Source: an uncultured virus (IMG/VR IMGVR_UViG_3300043775_001647) | Taxonomy: Duplodnaviria > Heunggongvirae > Uroviricota > Caudoviricetes | Virus record (IMG/VR): IMGVR_UViG_3300043775_001647 | Length of the DNA: 63,793 bases | Reading direction: 5' to 3' (one strand) | Shown here: positions 37,835-47,267 of the stretch, piece after piece | Numbering within the stretch: the stretch's first letter is position 1 | Layout of the letters: each line of letters starts with the position of its first letter | Program-made: the position numbers and the translations under genes | The notes under the pieces: model-generated | The model's database searches: none | What the model saw: only the letters and a program-made list of their open reading frames with translations | Told to the model about the DNA's origin: nothing

Positions 37835-38325
37835 TACATTCTCTCCTTAGTTATTCCAAGTTTATCTGCAGCAATTAAGTGAGTCTGCACAATTATACTA
37901 ATTGATGAGCCGTAATTCTCTAACCCTTCAGAGTACGAGTATTCCGGTACCTTTCCTACGAAGTATTGGTTGTCAACTACTGAATCAACTTCATAGTAGT
38001 TTTCGTAGTAAAATACTACATCTCCTACCTCTGGGGTAATTTCTGCTTCTATTAAATCATCTCTAAAAAAAGCAAAAGTTAAAGCTCTTGAAGTATCGGG
38101 TCCGAAAGCATCTGAAGTCCATGTTTGATCTCCACGTTGAATTAAAACGTTAAGTAGAACAGGTTCATTAACAAATTTGTCGAGTGCTTCTCCATACATA
38201 TTAGTTGTAGAAGCTCCCAGAGTAATTTTATAGTAACCAACCTGTTGAGTTATAATGTTAGGTAATAACTCTCGGTTAATACTATTAATTAACAAGATAT
38301 CTCTTCTTCTTCCAAATAAGGCCAT
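37834..38325 (-). CDS. neck / head-closure protein (gp14-like)
   Basis: NMYGEA, PEVGDVV..YYEVD; synteny. Confidence 0.65.
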   Translation of the reverse strand: MALFGRRRDILLINSINRELLPNIITQQVGYYKITLGASTTNMYGEALDKFVNEPVLLNVLIQRGDQTWTSDAFGPDTSRALTFAFFRDDLIEAEITPEVGDVVFYYENYYEVDSVVDNQYFVGKVPEYSYSEGLENYGSSISIIVQTHLIAADKLGITKERM

Positions 38326-38643
38326 TTAGATCTCCTCTACTTTTTGTAATTGTTTAACGCTATACTTAAATTTCTTTAGTTCTGGAATTTGTGCTAGAGA
38401 TTCTTTTTTTATTATTTCAAAGGTTTCCTGCCCTGGTTTGGTCGTTACTACTTTTAATTGCAGTAGTCCTCTTGGGTTAAGATCTTCTTTATCAGTTTTA
38501 TTGTTTACAACCGTAACATATTTCATGCTTCTGATGATTTGTGCAATATCAGTAATGTTGGTAGTATCTGAGAATTCAACATATACCAAAGTTTGGTACA
38601 TTGAATAAGTTACTTCGTTTAATAAGTCTGTTAACTGTACCAT
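38326..38643 (-). CDS. hypothetical protein
   Basis: 105 aa between neck genes; N-terminus LTDLLNE. Confidence 0.65.
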   Translation of the reverse strand: MVQLTDLLNEVTYSMYQTLVYVEFSDTTNITDIAQIIRSMKYVTVVNNKTDKEDLNPRGLLQLKVVTTKPGQETFEIIKKESLAQIPELKKFKYSVKQLQKVEEI

Positions 38644-38644
38644 G

Positions 38645-39799
38645 TTATGCTATAAATATTGGTTGTGGAACCATATTAAGTTCTTTCTGTTTATAATCAG
38701 CCTCTAAAGATCTTCTTTCGAGTAATTTCTCTCTTGAAGTTTCTTCTAGGTAGTTCCTTAGTTTATCTAACAGCAAATTCTTTTCTGCAGTAGCTGCAGT
38801 AATCAAATCAGCTGAGTTTAAAGTAACTTCCGCCCCAGGTATGGGTAAGGTTCCGTATTTTCCTCTAACGTATCCAAGCATTTCTTTTGCTAAAGATAGT
38901 GTATATTCAAAGATCCACTGCCTTCCTATAGAATTAATTTGTGTATAGTTTGGATTTGCATAGGGAACATTAGAAACGTTAGAAACCAATGCTGATGAGT
39001 TAGCCATTACCGGATTGTTTCTTTCTGAGTTCTTAATGTACTCAAAGAACATTTTACCTTCGTCCACAGTTGGTATTGGAAATAATCTCAGTCTGTTGTT
39101 TACTAATTCAAAAGAGTAGTTTGACTTTCTGATTTGATCGTTAAACTCAATAGCTTGAATCTTCTGAAGATCGTAATTGATTGGCATCAGAAGGAAGTTA
39201 ATTGCTGGTGAATAGTTCCCCCATCCGAATGTATCTAATAGGTTCATCATACCTGTCCCTGTTCCTGCATAAGGATCAAAGTAGCGAACGATGGCCGGAG
39301 GTGATTCGTAGAATACTCTTTTAATTTCAATTGTATCTCCAGGAGTTAAAGAGGCAGAAGCACTAGCCCATACATTCATATTATAATCCTGCTGACCGGC
39401 AATAGTTGTAAAAGAACCTGTATACCAAGTTACTGTTCCCCCTACTCCGGCTTCTTCTCCGTACTGATTTGACATTCTAACAATAGCTCCGAAGTTTGGT
39501 TGTATTACTGAGTTATTTAAATTAGATCCGGTAGAAGCTCCTTCCATTGAGAGGAAGTCCTGTCTTACTTTAAATGCATAAATTTCATTTCCGTAAGTTG
39601 TTACTGCTTCTTCAAAAGCTGTATAGAAGTTGATATCCTGCAATTCGACATCAACCAATGGGTATCCTAGTCTTCTTGCACAGAAATTTGATACCTTATC
39701 AGCATCCGTTTGAAACTGATAATCATTATCGTAGAACCCAAAAGGAGTATCTCCGGGAAAGAAGGATGAGGAACCGGGCCAGATTTGAGCGTTAGCCAT
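38645..39799 (-). CDS. neck / head-tail adaptor protein (T4 gp13-like)
   Basis: RRLGYPLVDVEL, WIFEYTLSLAKEMLG.VRGKY..IPGAEVTLN. Confidence 0.8.
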   Translation of the reverse strand: MANAQIWPGSSSFFPGDTPFGFYDNDYQFQTDADKVSNFCARRLGYPLVDVELQDINFYTAFEEAVTTYGNEIYAFKVRQDFLSMEGASTGSNLNNSVIQPNFGAIVRMSNQYGEEAGVGGTVTWYTGSFTTIAGQQDYNMNVWASASASLTPGDTIEIKRVFYESPPAIVRYFDPYAGTGTGMMNLLDTFGWGNYSPAINFLLMPINYDLQKIQAIEFNDQIRKSNYSFELVNNRLRLFPIPTVDEGKMFFEYIKNSERNNPVMANSSALVSNVSNVPYANPNYTQINSIGRQWIFEYTLSLAKEMLGYVRGKYGTLPIPGAEVTLNSADLITAATAEKNLLLDKLRNYLEETSREKLLERRSLEADYKQKELNMVPQPIFIA

Positions 39800-39825
39800 A
39801 TACTAATAAATAGTATTGGATTTGC

Positions 39826-40740
39826 TTACTTGATCTGGGTCAGAGTTACGATTACAGAAGGGACTGCTACTCCTCCGTTTGTTGGTCCAGCAGCTTCGGC
39901 AACTAATTGAACACTAGCACCTCCGTTAACATAGCATACTAACTCTAAGAAATCTCCTGCAATTAAGCTTTCAACAAAATTCCATGCTCCAACGTATTTG
40001 TGGTTTTGGTTTTGAATATCAAGCCCTGTATTACTGTATGTTTGATTAACACCATTTTTTCTTAGCCAAATATATACTTGAGGACCTCCACCAACTGTGG
40101 TTTGTACTTGAGTTGAAAATTGAAGGTTGTAAATACCTGTTCTAGTTACTGTTAATCTTGAATTTGATACTACTGAAATTCCGTCATTGATGACGGGGGT
40201 ATTTAGGGTAATGGATGCTGAAGCACCTGATACTATTGTTTGAGTTGTTGTATCGTAGAATGTACCAACTGATAGAGTTGATACTCCATTCTCAGCATAA
40301 GAGGAAGTTAAAGCATAAGAGGCAGAAGTTGCAAATGATGCTGTCCCTGCAACGTTACCTAGCAATGAACCGGTAATTGAAGTAAATCTACCTATAGAAC
40401 CGGAGACTGTTAATCCTCCTAACCCACTTAAAAGGTTGGTTGATGGATTGTAGTACGGACCGTTTGTTCCGTCTGCTGCCAGTTGATAGTAATCACCTAG
40501 AGCACCAGTACTGTTTTTAAATACTAGATTGAAGTCAGTATTTGCTGAAGGATTTGAAGCAATAAAAGCTGTATTTGCAGCTGATGCTGTTGCATTTAAA
40601 GGGCCAATAACTGTTAATGAACCAGAGATGGTTATATCGTATGCGTTTGTACCTGTGAAAGCATCCACGGACTGAGTTACGTGCCAGGCATTAATTGTCT
40701 GGGTTTGTGCTATACCTGTTTGTGAGAGAGTTAGTGCCAT
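39826..40740 (-). CDS. virion fibre/collar-like structural protein
   Basis: ITGS/TASFATSASYA motifs shared with the fibre N-terminus; beta-rich C-terminal domain. Confidence 0.55.
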   Translation of the reverse strand: MALTLSQTGIAQTQTINAWHVTQSVDAFTGTNAYDITISGSLTVIGPLNATASAANTAFIASNPSANTDFNLVFKNSTGALGDYYQLAADGTNGPYYNPSTNLLSGLGGLTVSGSIGRFTSITGSLLGNVAGTASFATSASYALTSSYAENGVSTLSVGTFYDTTTQTIVSGASASITLNTPVINDGISVVSNSRLTVTRTGIYNLQFSTQVQTTVGGGPQVYIWLRKNGVNQTYSNTGLDIQNQNHKYVGAWNFVESLIAGDFLELVCYVNGGASVQLVAEAAGPTNGGVAVPSVIVTLTQIK

Positions 40741-40759
40741 TTATTATAAATATTAAAAA

Positions 40760-41113
40760 TTAATATAAAGCATTCCAAGAAGTACCGTTGTAGAAATAGG
40801 GCTTTGGTGGAGCTGAGGAAGATACAGCAAATGAACCTGTTGCTACACCTGAAGGTAATGGTGTTTGAGGGGTTAATGTTAGGATGTTACTTATGGTTAA
40901 TGAACCGGTTATTGTGAATGAGCCGGAGTTGCTTGACTGTAAGGCTCCTGGTTGTCCTTGAGGACCGATGCTTGCTACGGTGATGACCGAAGTTATGGGC
41001 TGGGTGACATTTACCGAAGTGCCGTTACCGATTTCGGTAATAACTATTTGCTTGTCGGTGTTGACAAGATTTACCTCATTAGCATCTTGGGAGATATAGA
41101 CTTGGTTACTCAT
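40760..41113 (-). CDS. small structural protein
   Basis: Short GPQGQPG collagen-like stretch, ITGSL motif, YNGTSW end. Confidence 0.55.
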   Translation of the reverse strand: MSNQVYISQDANEVNLVNTDKQIVITEIGNGTSVNVTQPITSVITVASIGPQGQPGALQSSNSGSFTITGSLTISNILTLTPQTPLPSGVATGSFAVSSSAPPKPYFYNGTSWNALY

Positions 41114-41116
41114 TGT

Positions 41117-41497
41117 TTACCGAGTTACCTCTTTGCTTAATTTTACCTGTCCTTCAATCAATCTGGTTACTATCGATCCGGAAACAATCTCTAAGTCATA
41201 AACTGCCTGGTCAAAAGATAAAGCCGATGAAGAGACTGCTGAAATTAAAATTCCAATTGAACCAGAAGTGGGCGGGGTAGACCCGTTTGAACCTGAGAAA
41301 TTAATCCCAGTCCCGTCTGCCTGCAAAGAACTGCTTAAAGATAAGTACACTGTAGCCGACGTAACGGAAGGCCTAATTTGCATCCTTCCAGAATACCCTA
41401 CCAGACTAACAGCAGTCCCTGCAGAATCTTTATATTGTAGTTCTAATTCAAAGGTTGAACCTTGTTCTATCACAAATGAGTATTTTCCTGCGGCCAT
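41117..41497 (-). CDS. Ig-like virion/fibre attachment protein
   Basis: IEQGSTF..GYSGRMQIR..VYDLEI..RLIEG..EVTR pattern. Confidence 0.55.
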   Translation of the reverse strand: MAAGKYSFVIEQGSTFELELQYKDSAGTAVSLVGYSGRMQIRPSVTSATVYLSLSSSLQADGTGINFSGSNGSTPPTSGSIGILISAVSSSALSFDQAVYDLEIVSGSIVTRLIEGQVKLSKEVTR

Positions 41498-41526
41498 AAT
41501 TTGTTTATAAATATTTCCGAAAACAA

Positions 41527-41552
41527 GAAAGGCCTCCTTTGGAGACCTTCTT
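41527..41552 (-). terminator. probable intrinsic terminator
   Basis: Minus strand AAGGTCTCC-AAA-GGAGGCCTT followed by T-rich tract. Confidence 0.6.
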
Positions 41553-41575
41553 ATTAAAGTACTGTAAGCTTCTGC

Positions 41576-41845
41576 TTATTCAGCAGTCTCGAGTGCTGGG
41601 GTTGGAAGAAATTCTCCTGTTTGCAGGTCAATACTTCCTTCACCGTACTTCTCAGTTAATTCTTTACCGAATTCATTCTCTTCCTCTCTTAATTCATTTA
41701 AGAAATTAAGGATTTCTACCCGGCGATTTTCTACTTGTAACTTTGTAAGTTCAAGGTTACCAAGCTGGTTTACAACTGCGTTGTTTTTGGCTTGAATTTC
41801 AGCGAACTTAGTAAGTTCTTCTTCTGTTAATTTAATTGGTTCCAT
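41576..41845 (-). CDS. small acidic coiled-coil protein
   Basis: KLTEEEL..LGNLE..EKYGEGSIDLQTGEF. Confidence 0.7.
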   Translation of the reverse strand: MEPIKLTEEELTKFAEIQAKNNAVVNQLGNLELTKLQVENRRVEILNFLNELREEENEFGKELTEKYGEGSIDLQTGEFLPTPALETAE

Positions 41846-41876
41846 AGCTATTTGTTATAACAATTCTTTATTTTAA

Positions 41877-42254
41877 TTAGTTTGAGTAGATCCAGTTAGA
41901 TGAAGATATGCCAAACATTACAGGTACATTTGCTTTGATGTACAATAAAGAGGCTTCTTGAATCTGACTATAAGACCCTGTGCTGGTTAAGGTTGAACCG
42001 CTGAAGAAGGTATCCCATTCTACATCAGTAAGATTGTAGTTCATACCGTCAACTCTTTGTTGGTTAGAACCGCTGTAGTTCGCCCATACAACACCGTTAA
42101 TGTTTACAGTGTGTTCGTTAGAACCACCACCAAAAGGGCCGTTGTTGCCGTTGTCTACGAAAGTAGCTTGTGGACAAGTGATCACCAAGTAAGATGATTC
42201 TAGAGTCTGCGCGTTGTAAACTACCGATTTGCTTGAAGTTAATTTATGTGACAT
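41877..42254 (-). CDS. hypothetical protein
   Basis: 125-aa ORF with TATTTATA motif upstream. Confidence 0.65.
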   Translation of the reverse strand: MSHKLTSSKSVVYNAQTLESSYLVITCPQATFVDNGNNGPFGGGSNEHTVNINGVVWANYSGSNQQRVDGMNYNLTDVEWDTFFSGSTLTSTGSYSQIQEASLLYIKANVPVMFGISSSNWIYSN

Positions 42255-42303
42255 GTTTTTATTTTATTATAAATATGGTGTTTGATGCAAAAAAAAAGAC
42301 TCA

Positions 42304-42738
42304 CTACTTTACCTTCCTCCATGTATACCAGGCTCTTTCATGTAGAAAATACAGAGTCATTTTAGTTAAAACTTCTAATGCTCCAATTTTTAAACCTGTT
42401 AAAGGGTTGCCAGTAACAATCCAGCCTAAAATCATGGTATCAATAGTACCAATTATCCTCCAGGAAATTGCCTTCATGATATGTCTTTTTAGGACTGATT
42501 TTTCTTTAATTGTTTTAATATAAGCAATACTGTTTCTAACCTCACAATGACCCTCACAAGTAACATGCCATTTATAGTCCTGAATTTCTTCCATCCAGTC
42601 TTTGGTAGTGTAGGTAGAACCGTCAATGATGATATTTGCTACTAATGTTTCATTACCATTTTCAATTAGTCTCCACCTTTCGGTATCGTCTTTAGATACT
42701 GTGTTGTATCTTATTTGATATACTTTTGAAGTACTCAT
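42304..42738 (-). CDS. DUF2061-domain membrane protein with extra N-terminal domain
   Basis: RHIMKAISWRIIGTIDT..TG..E..TKM.LYFLHERAW. Confidence 0.75.
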   Translation of the reverse strand: MSTSKVYQIRYNTVSKDDTERWRLIENGNETLVANIIIDGSTYTTKDWMEEIQDYKWHVTCEGHCEVRNSIAYIKTIKEKSVLKRHIMKAISWRIIGTIDTMILGWIVTGNPLTGLKIGALEVLTKMTLYFLHERAWYTWRKVK

Positions 42739-43130
42739 AATTTTCCCTCCTGTCTCATCTGTTCACGGACCTTAGTTGCTGAGATGTCAGCGATTTCTGT
42801 CGGTGGAATATGCTCAATTATATCGTAACCAACCCCTCTACCGAATTCGATAGAGCAGATATCAGGGATAATCATCACTGTAACCCGAGGTTCGTCTTTA
42901 TAGAAAGTCGTAATATTTTCTAGAACCTGCTGGGCTGAAAATGGATTCTTTTCGTCAGGTTGAATATCCCTGATGCATATTAGAACGTTCTTTTCTTCGT
43001 CCATTGCTTTCTGAAATAGAGCTTGGTGGCCGGGGTGTAAGGGCTGCCATCTTCCAACAAACATTGCATGTTGGCCTGGTTTTGCCGGTAGTGATGATCC
43101 TACGTGTAATTTTTTAGTCCAGTTTGTCAT
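42735..43130 (-). CDS. HIGH-superfamily nucleotidyltransferase (cytidylyltransferase-like; possible minimal ATP sulfurylase)
   Basis: FVGRWQPLHPGH, KNPF, ISATKVR. Confidence 0.75.
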   Translation of the reverse strand: MTNWTKKLHVGSSLPAKPGQHAMFVGRWQPLHPGHQALFQKAMDEEKNVLICIRDIQPDEKNPFSAQQVLENITTFYKDEPRVTVMIIPDICSIEFGRGVGYDIIEHIPPTEIADISATKVREQMRQEGKL

Positions 43131-43131
43131 A

Positions 43132-43473
43132 TTAGTTAAATCCTTGATCTCTTATTAAATTTACTGCTATTGCTCTTTCGCCCTCTTTCTCAGGGTCCAT
43201 ATCGTTAATTAAATACCTAGGCCCTCTTTCAAGTCCCATTATTACTCTGTCGTAAGGTACTAAATTGGATTTTAATTCCTTTAGAGTGTGTACGAGAAGA
43301 TTATCCGGTCTTGCAGTCGTTAGTATAATCATATGTCCTTCCTCATGTTGTTTCTGGAGGTAATCAATAGTTGATAGTATAGGTTCTGCTTCTGAGGTTT
43401 TATATGTCTCAAATTTACGGTATTTAAAAATAGTACCATCGATATCGCAGAATATTGTATTCTTCTTTTCCAA
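43132..43473 (-). CDS. minimal HAD-superfamily phosphatase
   Basis: IFCDIDGT, LTTAR, LIND. Confidence 0.78.
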   Translation of the reverse strand: MEKKNTIFCDIDGTIFKYRKFETYKTSEAEPILSTIDYLQKQHEEGHMIILTTARPDNLLVHTLKELKSNLVPYDRVIMGLERGPRYLINDMDPEKEGERAIAVNLIRDQGFN

Positions 43474-43474
43474 G

Positions 43475-43909
43475 TTATAATTGCTCTCTTACTAATTTAA
43501 CTGTATCTTCAATTGATAGAGTGTCAGTATTAATATAAGTATAATCTTCGTCTTCTGCAAGCTCAAAGTCAGCAACGTGAAAGTTTTCTCTTCCTCTTGG
43601 ATTATCGTAACTTAAACAAAAGAATTTAGCTTCCGGCATCAAGGATCTTAAATAATCCCTAACTTCTAAGTATGGAAATACCATCGAGTAAATTACGTTA
43701 GTTTTTATCTCCGTTGAGGTTAAATAATAGCCAATATCGCAGGCCTTAGATAAGTTCTTTATTCTACCTTCTTTTGAATAATCAGTATTCTTAAATACTG
43801 CCCGGAATCTATCTCCGTCGATTAATTCGGTGTTAGGTAAATCCTTAATCAACTCTTGGGCGATAGTTGTTTTACCAGAGTGCGGTTGTCCAAATAATAC
43901 TATAATCAT
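43475..43909 (-). CDS. cysC: adenylyl-sulfate (APS) kinase-like P-loop kinase
   Basis: GQPHSGKTTIA, LIDGD.FR, DYSKEGR..N. Confidence 0.75.
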   Translation of the reverse strand: MIIVLFGQPHSGKTTIAQELIKDLPNTELIDGDRFRAVFKNTDYSKEGRIKNLSKACDIGYYLTSTEIKTNVIYSMVFPYLEVRDYLRSLMPEAKFFCLSYDNPRGRENFHVADFELAEDEDYTYINTDTLSIEDTVKLVREQL

Positions 43910-44901
43910 TTTATTACTTTATCTAATTCGTTAGCATCAAACATTTCATTAACGTCTGCATAAGGACACTCATGTAGTGGACCATCAAAAGAATAATCAA
44001 ATAAATAAGCATCAATTAACTTAGTATTTCCTTTAGGAGGCATTGCTTTGATATTTGTATGCATATCATACCCGAAATTCTCAGGTGAAGTTCCAATCCA
44101 GAATACTGTTGAAGGTAGTTCTAGGGCAGCTGCTGCATGCTGTAAACAAGAGTCAATTAAGAATCGTTTCTCTGAAGCTGCTACTAAACTGAATAATTCC
44201 ATGTTAGTCATTTGCTGGCTTACTACCTCCACTCCTTCAAGTTGGTAGCTACCCTCTCTTGTTAACTGAATGATATGATAGTCATTCTTAAATTTATTAA
44301 CAATGTATAAAGCAAGGTCGACAGGCATATCTCTAGTCCAAGTGTAATTCAAGGGTTGTCCTTGATACATTCCTCCATTAGTCTGTATTAGTAGGACAGG
44401 CTTTTGTCTTTGCCACAACCCAGATAACTGTTTCTGCACCATATTAAAATGCAGGTTAGGTAGTTGTTTCTTATAATCAACCCCTAATAATTCGGCCCAG
44501 TTCTGTACTAGATGCTTTTGCTTTAAAATATGACCTGTTTGAAAGTAAGGTTCGTGTCTAAATACTAGAGTATCTTTACCTAAAATAAAATCTTCGTAAA
44601 AATAAGCGGTCATACCTACTCTATAAACCCTATGAACTTCAGGGTGGTTTAAAAATACTTCCGGATAGGAAGCAACTACAACTATTTTTCTGGTCTTGTA
44701 TTGCTTAGCAAGAGCAGGTAGGAGAGCAGTTGCTGCTACATTCTTACCTAATCCGCCTTCGATGTGCCAAACTAAAAACTTATTATCCATGTTATTATCT
44801 TTTTGCTGTGCTATTGAAACTAAGGTGGGTGACATTGTAATGTCGGGAACTACAATTGATTTAAATTCACTCTCGCTCTGTACTTTAAATCCTACTTTCA
44901 T
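43906..44901 (-). CDS. glycosyltransferase, GT9 (heptosyltransferase)-like
   Basis: GGLGKNV..TALL..L, FLNHP, IDSCLQHAAAAL..PSTVFW..T.P..FGY. Confidence 0.75.
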   Translation of the reverse strand: MKVGFKVQSESEFKSIVVPDITMSPTLVSIAQQKDNNMDNKFLVWHIEGGLGKNVAATALLPALAKQYKTRKIVVVASYPEVFLNHPEVHRVYRVGMTAYFYEDFILGKDTLVFRHEPYFQTGHILKQKHLVQNWAELLGVDYKKQLPNLHFNMVQKQLSGLWQRQKPVLLIQTNGGMYQGQPLNYTWTRDMPVDLALYIVNKFKNDYHIIQLTREGSYQLEGVEVVSQQMTNMELFSLVAASEKRFLIDSCLQHAAAALELPSTVFWIGTSPENFGYDMHTNIKAMPPKGNTKLIDAYLFDYSFDGPLHECPYADVNEMFDANELDKVIK

Positions 44902-45722
44902 TAGATCTTATAATCAAAATCGTTAAAGAACCAGGAGTAACTTTCCTCAATTAGCTTACAGGCGTTAGGACCTAATACCTCTCTGAAGTCTTCTTTGAAT
45001 GGTTTTAATTCCTGACGGATAATATGGTCTCCGAAAATACCGTACCATTTATCGTCCTCGTGAGTAACTTGTTTGATATTGTTGAAATCGTGCTGGTAGA
45101 AGGGTATTTCTAAATACTCGTAGATGCGTTTTAGTTGTGTATCAGGATCGGCACACAATTCTTCGAATTTAACAAATAAAATATTTTTATGAAGACCCTG
45201 CACTAATACTTGATAAACCCTATCCATCGAAGGACCGATGGGTGGATTTACAGACCATACACTAACTCTTTTATCGGTAGTAGTGCCTGTCAAATTACCC
45301 CAGTTAGCAAGATGGTGATCCTGTAATGGATTCTTTCTGAATTTCTTCTCTAAAGAAGCGTATACTGATCTAATATCCCTGATCATACATATCATTTTAG
45401 GGTTAGGATCGAAAGCATTTACGAATTCCCACTCCGAGTTCCATCCTCGGCATTTATCGATAACGTAAGGCTTGTCAGTTAGGTTTTCATAAAACCCATA
45501 AAGTCCTCCTTTTAGGTAAGACTTAAAACCGGTCATCATTTGAGATTCATCCTGGGCTTTGAATTCTAGACTATCTGTAAAAATAGTTCTTGAAGCTGCA
45601 AGCATCTCAAATAAACCTGACGTAGGAGTTGTGTACAGATCTGGATTTTGTCCTAGAATGTTTTGGATTAGAGTAGAACCAGCTCTTGGCATGGAACTGT
45701 TATAAAAAACTTTTTTTATCAT
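44901..45722 (-). CDS. PAPS-dependent sulfotransferase
   Basis: 5'-PSB SMPRAGSTL; IDK; 3'-PB MIRDIRSVYAS; VKFEEL..DP...L..IYEYL. Confidence 0.88.
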   Translation of the reverse strand: MIKKVFYNSSMPRAGSTLIQNILGQNPDLYTTPTSGLFEMLAASRTIFTDSLEFKAQDESQMMTGFKSYLKGGLYGFYENLTDKPYVIDKCRGWNSEWEFVNAFDPNPKMICMIRDIRSVYASLEKKFRKNPLQDHHLANWGNLTGTTTDKRVSVWSVNPPIGPSMDRVYQVLVQGLHKNILFVKFEELCADPDTQLKRIYEYLEIPFYQHDFNNIKQVTHEDDKWYGIFGDHIIRQELKPFKEDFREVLGPNACKLIEESYSWFFNDFDYKI

Positions 45723-45751
45723 AAACTTTAACTTAAAATAACCGATTTATA

Positions 45752-46369
45752 CTAATAAATATATATGTTTTTAAACAAAAGATCCATCTGGAAGATTTGA
45801 TTGTTTGGTAATTTTGCGTAGTGTAGAATATCCTCAATACAGAATCCATACTCCTTCATTACAGGTACTATGCTATCGATTAGCGGGGCTTTTTCGTTAT
45901 ATTGAGTTAAGGATACTTCCATGAGTACGTAATGGCTTCGCATGATTGTTTTTCTTCCTCCCTGTAGTATATCTAATTCAGATCCTTGAACATCAAGTTT
46001 TACTAAATCAATCACTTCGTCAGAAAAATACGAACGATTATCTAGAGTATCAAGCTCAACTTCAACTTTTTCAAATTTTCCGTCAGCATACCATTCTGTA
46101 TTTTCTCTATATAAAGAAGCACCGGTTCCTAGAGCATTTGCTTTTTCTACAAAAAGTTCTGCCGTACCGGTTTTATTAGAGAGAGCTAGTATTTCGTACC
46201 CCCTGTTTAATTTTTGAAGGTAGGGTTCACAATTCTTATTTGCTTCCACCATTATAATCTCACATTCAGGTGCTCTTCTAATTATATCAGAAGTGAAGTC
46301 TCCGACGTGAGCTCCAATGTCAACAATCCTTCTAGGATTGATGTAGTTTAGTAGTTTGATATAGTCCAT
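45752..46369 (-). CDS. FkbM-family SAM methyltransferase
   Basis: VDIGAHVG, VEAN, TLD, KLDVQGSELDILQG, QMDLLF. Confidence 0.9.
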   Translation of the reverse strand: MDYIKLLNYINPRRIVDIGAHVGDFTSDIIRRAPECEIIMVEANKNCEPYLQKLNRGYEILALSNKTGTAELFVEKANALGTGASLYRENTEWYADGKFEKVEVELDTLDNRSYFSDEVIDLVKLDVQGSELDILQGGRKTIMRSHYVLMEVSLTQYNEKAPLIDSIVPVMKEYGFCIEDILHYAKLPNNQIFQMDLLFKNIYIY

Positions 46370-47267
46370 CTAAATATTTTATCCATTCAGTTATTCTGTA
46401 ATCCCAGCTCCATTTTTTACCGTAGATGTTAATCTGATCAGTTAAATGCTCCTGTAGTTTATTCTCTCTAATTAGTTCGATTTCTTGATCTAGTATTTTT
46501 GCAAATGCTTCTGCATGTAAATCCAAGTTGGGTAAATAGGAATACATTCTCGCCCATCCTTCGGTTGTCTCAGGTAGAGCACCAAGGGCTGATGTGATTA
46601 CTCTAAGACCAGCTGAAAGTGCTTCTACCACTGCGATACACGAGGTTTCCTCGAAGGTACTGGGGTATGCTAGAATATCAAACTGAGGTAATTCGTCTCT
46701 TAGTTTTTCGTTAGCGATTGAACCTCTATAGACTACTCCTGGAAGGGTTTTACACTTATTATAAAGATGCTCGTACTGAGAATCAGATTCACCGAATTCC
46801 TTACCGTAGATTTTACAGCTTGAGAATACGTGGAGTTCAGCATTTTCCGGCTTTAGTATTTCCCATGCTTTTAATAATACTTCCAATCCACGCCAGGGAG
46901 TTGAGGTGTAGCATAGTTTTATTTTTTTTCGCTCTCCATGCTCTCTTGGTTTTACTCCTAAAGATGCATTTTTAAAAACGTGAGTTTTGTATCCGGGTAT
47001 ATTATAGAGCTGTCTAAACTTCTCTGCCTGCCAGTGACTAACGAATACAAATTGATCGATTTTATTGATCCAATCCGGTTCTTTAAGAAACTGAACTGCG
47101 TCTTGATCATAAGATAGTTGATTCCAGTAGATGGTCGGTTTATTAAAATCGGCGTAGGGTAAGTAATTAAATATTGAAAATTCTTCCTGGTAATTCATAG
47201 GAAGTCTTCTCATTAATTCATCAAACATTAATTCCGTCCCACCTTTCGGTTTATCAAACGTATCCAT
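46332..47267 (-). CDS. glycosyltransferase, GT4 (group 1)-like
   Basis: GGTE, FVSHWQ, YTSTPWRGL, YPSTFEETSCIAVVEALSAG. Confidence 0.88.
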   Translation of the reverse strand: MDTFDKPKGGTELMFDELMRRLPMNYQEEFSIFNYLPYADFNKPTIYWNQLSYDQDAVQFLKEPDWINKIDQFVFVSHWQAEKFRQLYNIPGYKTHVFKNASLGVKPREHGERKKIKLCYTSTPWRGLEVLLKAWEILKPENAELHVFSSCKIYGKEFGESDSQYEHLYNKCKTLPGVVYRGSIANEKLRDELPQFDILAYPSTFEETSCIAVVEALSAGLRVITSALGALPETTEGWARMYSYLPNLDLHAEAFAKILDQEIELIRENKLQEHLTDQINIYGKKWSWDYRITEWIKYLDGLYQTTKLHQS

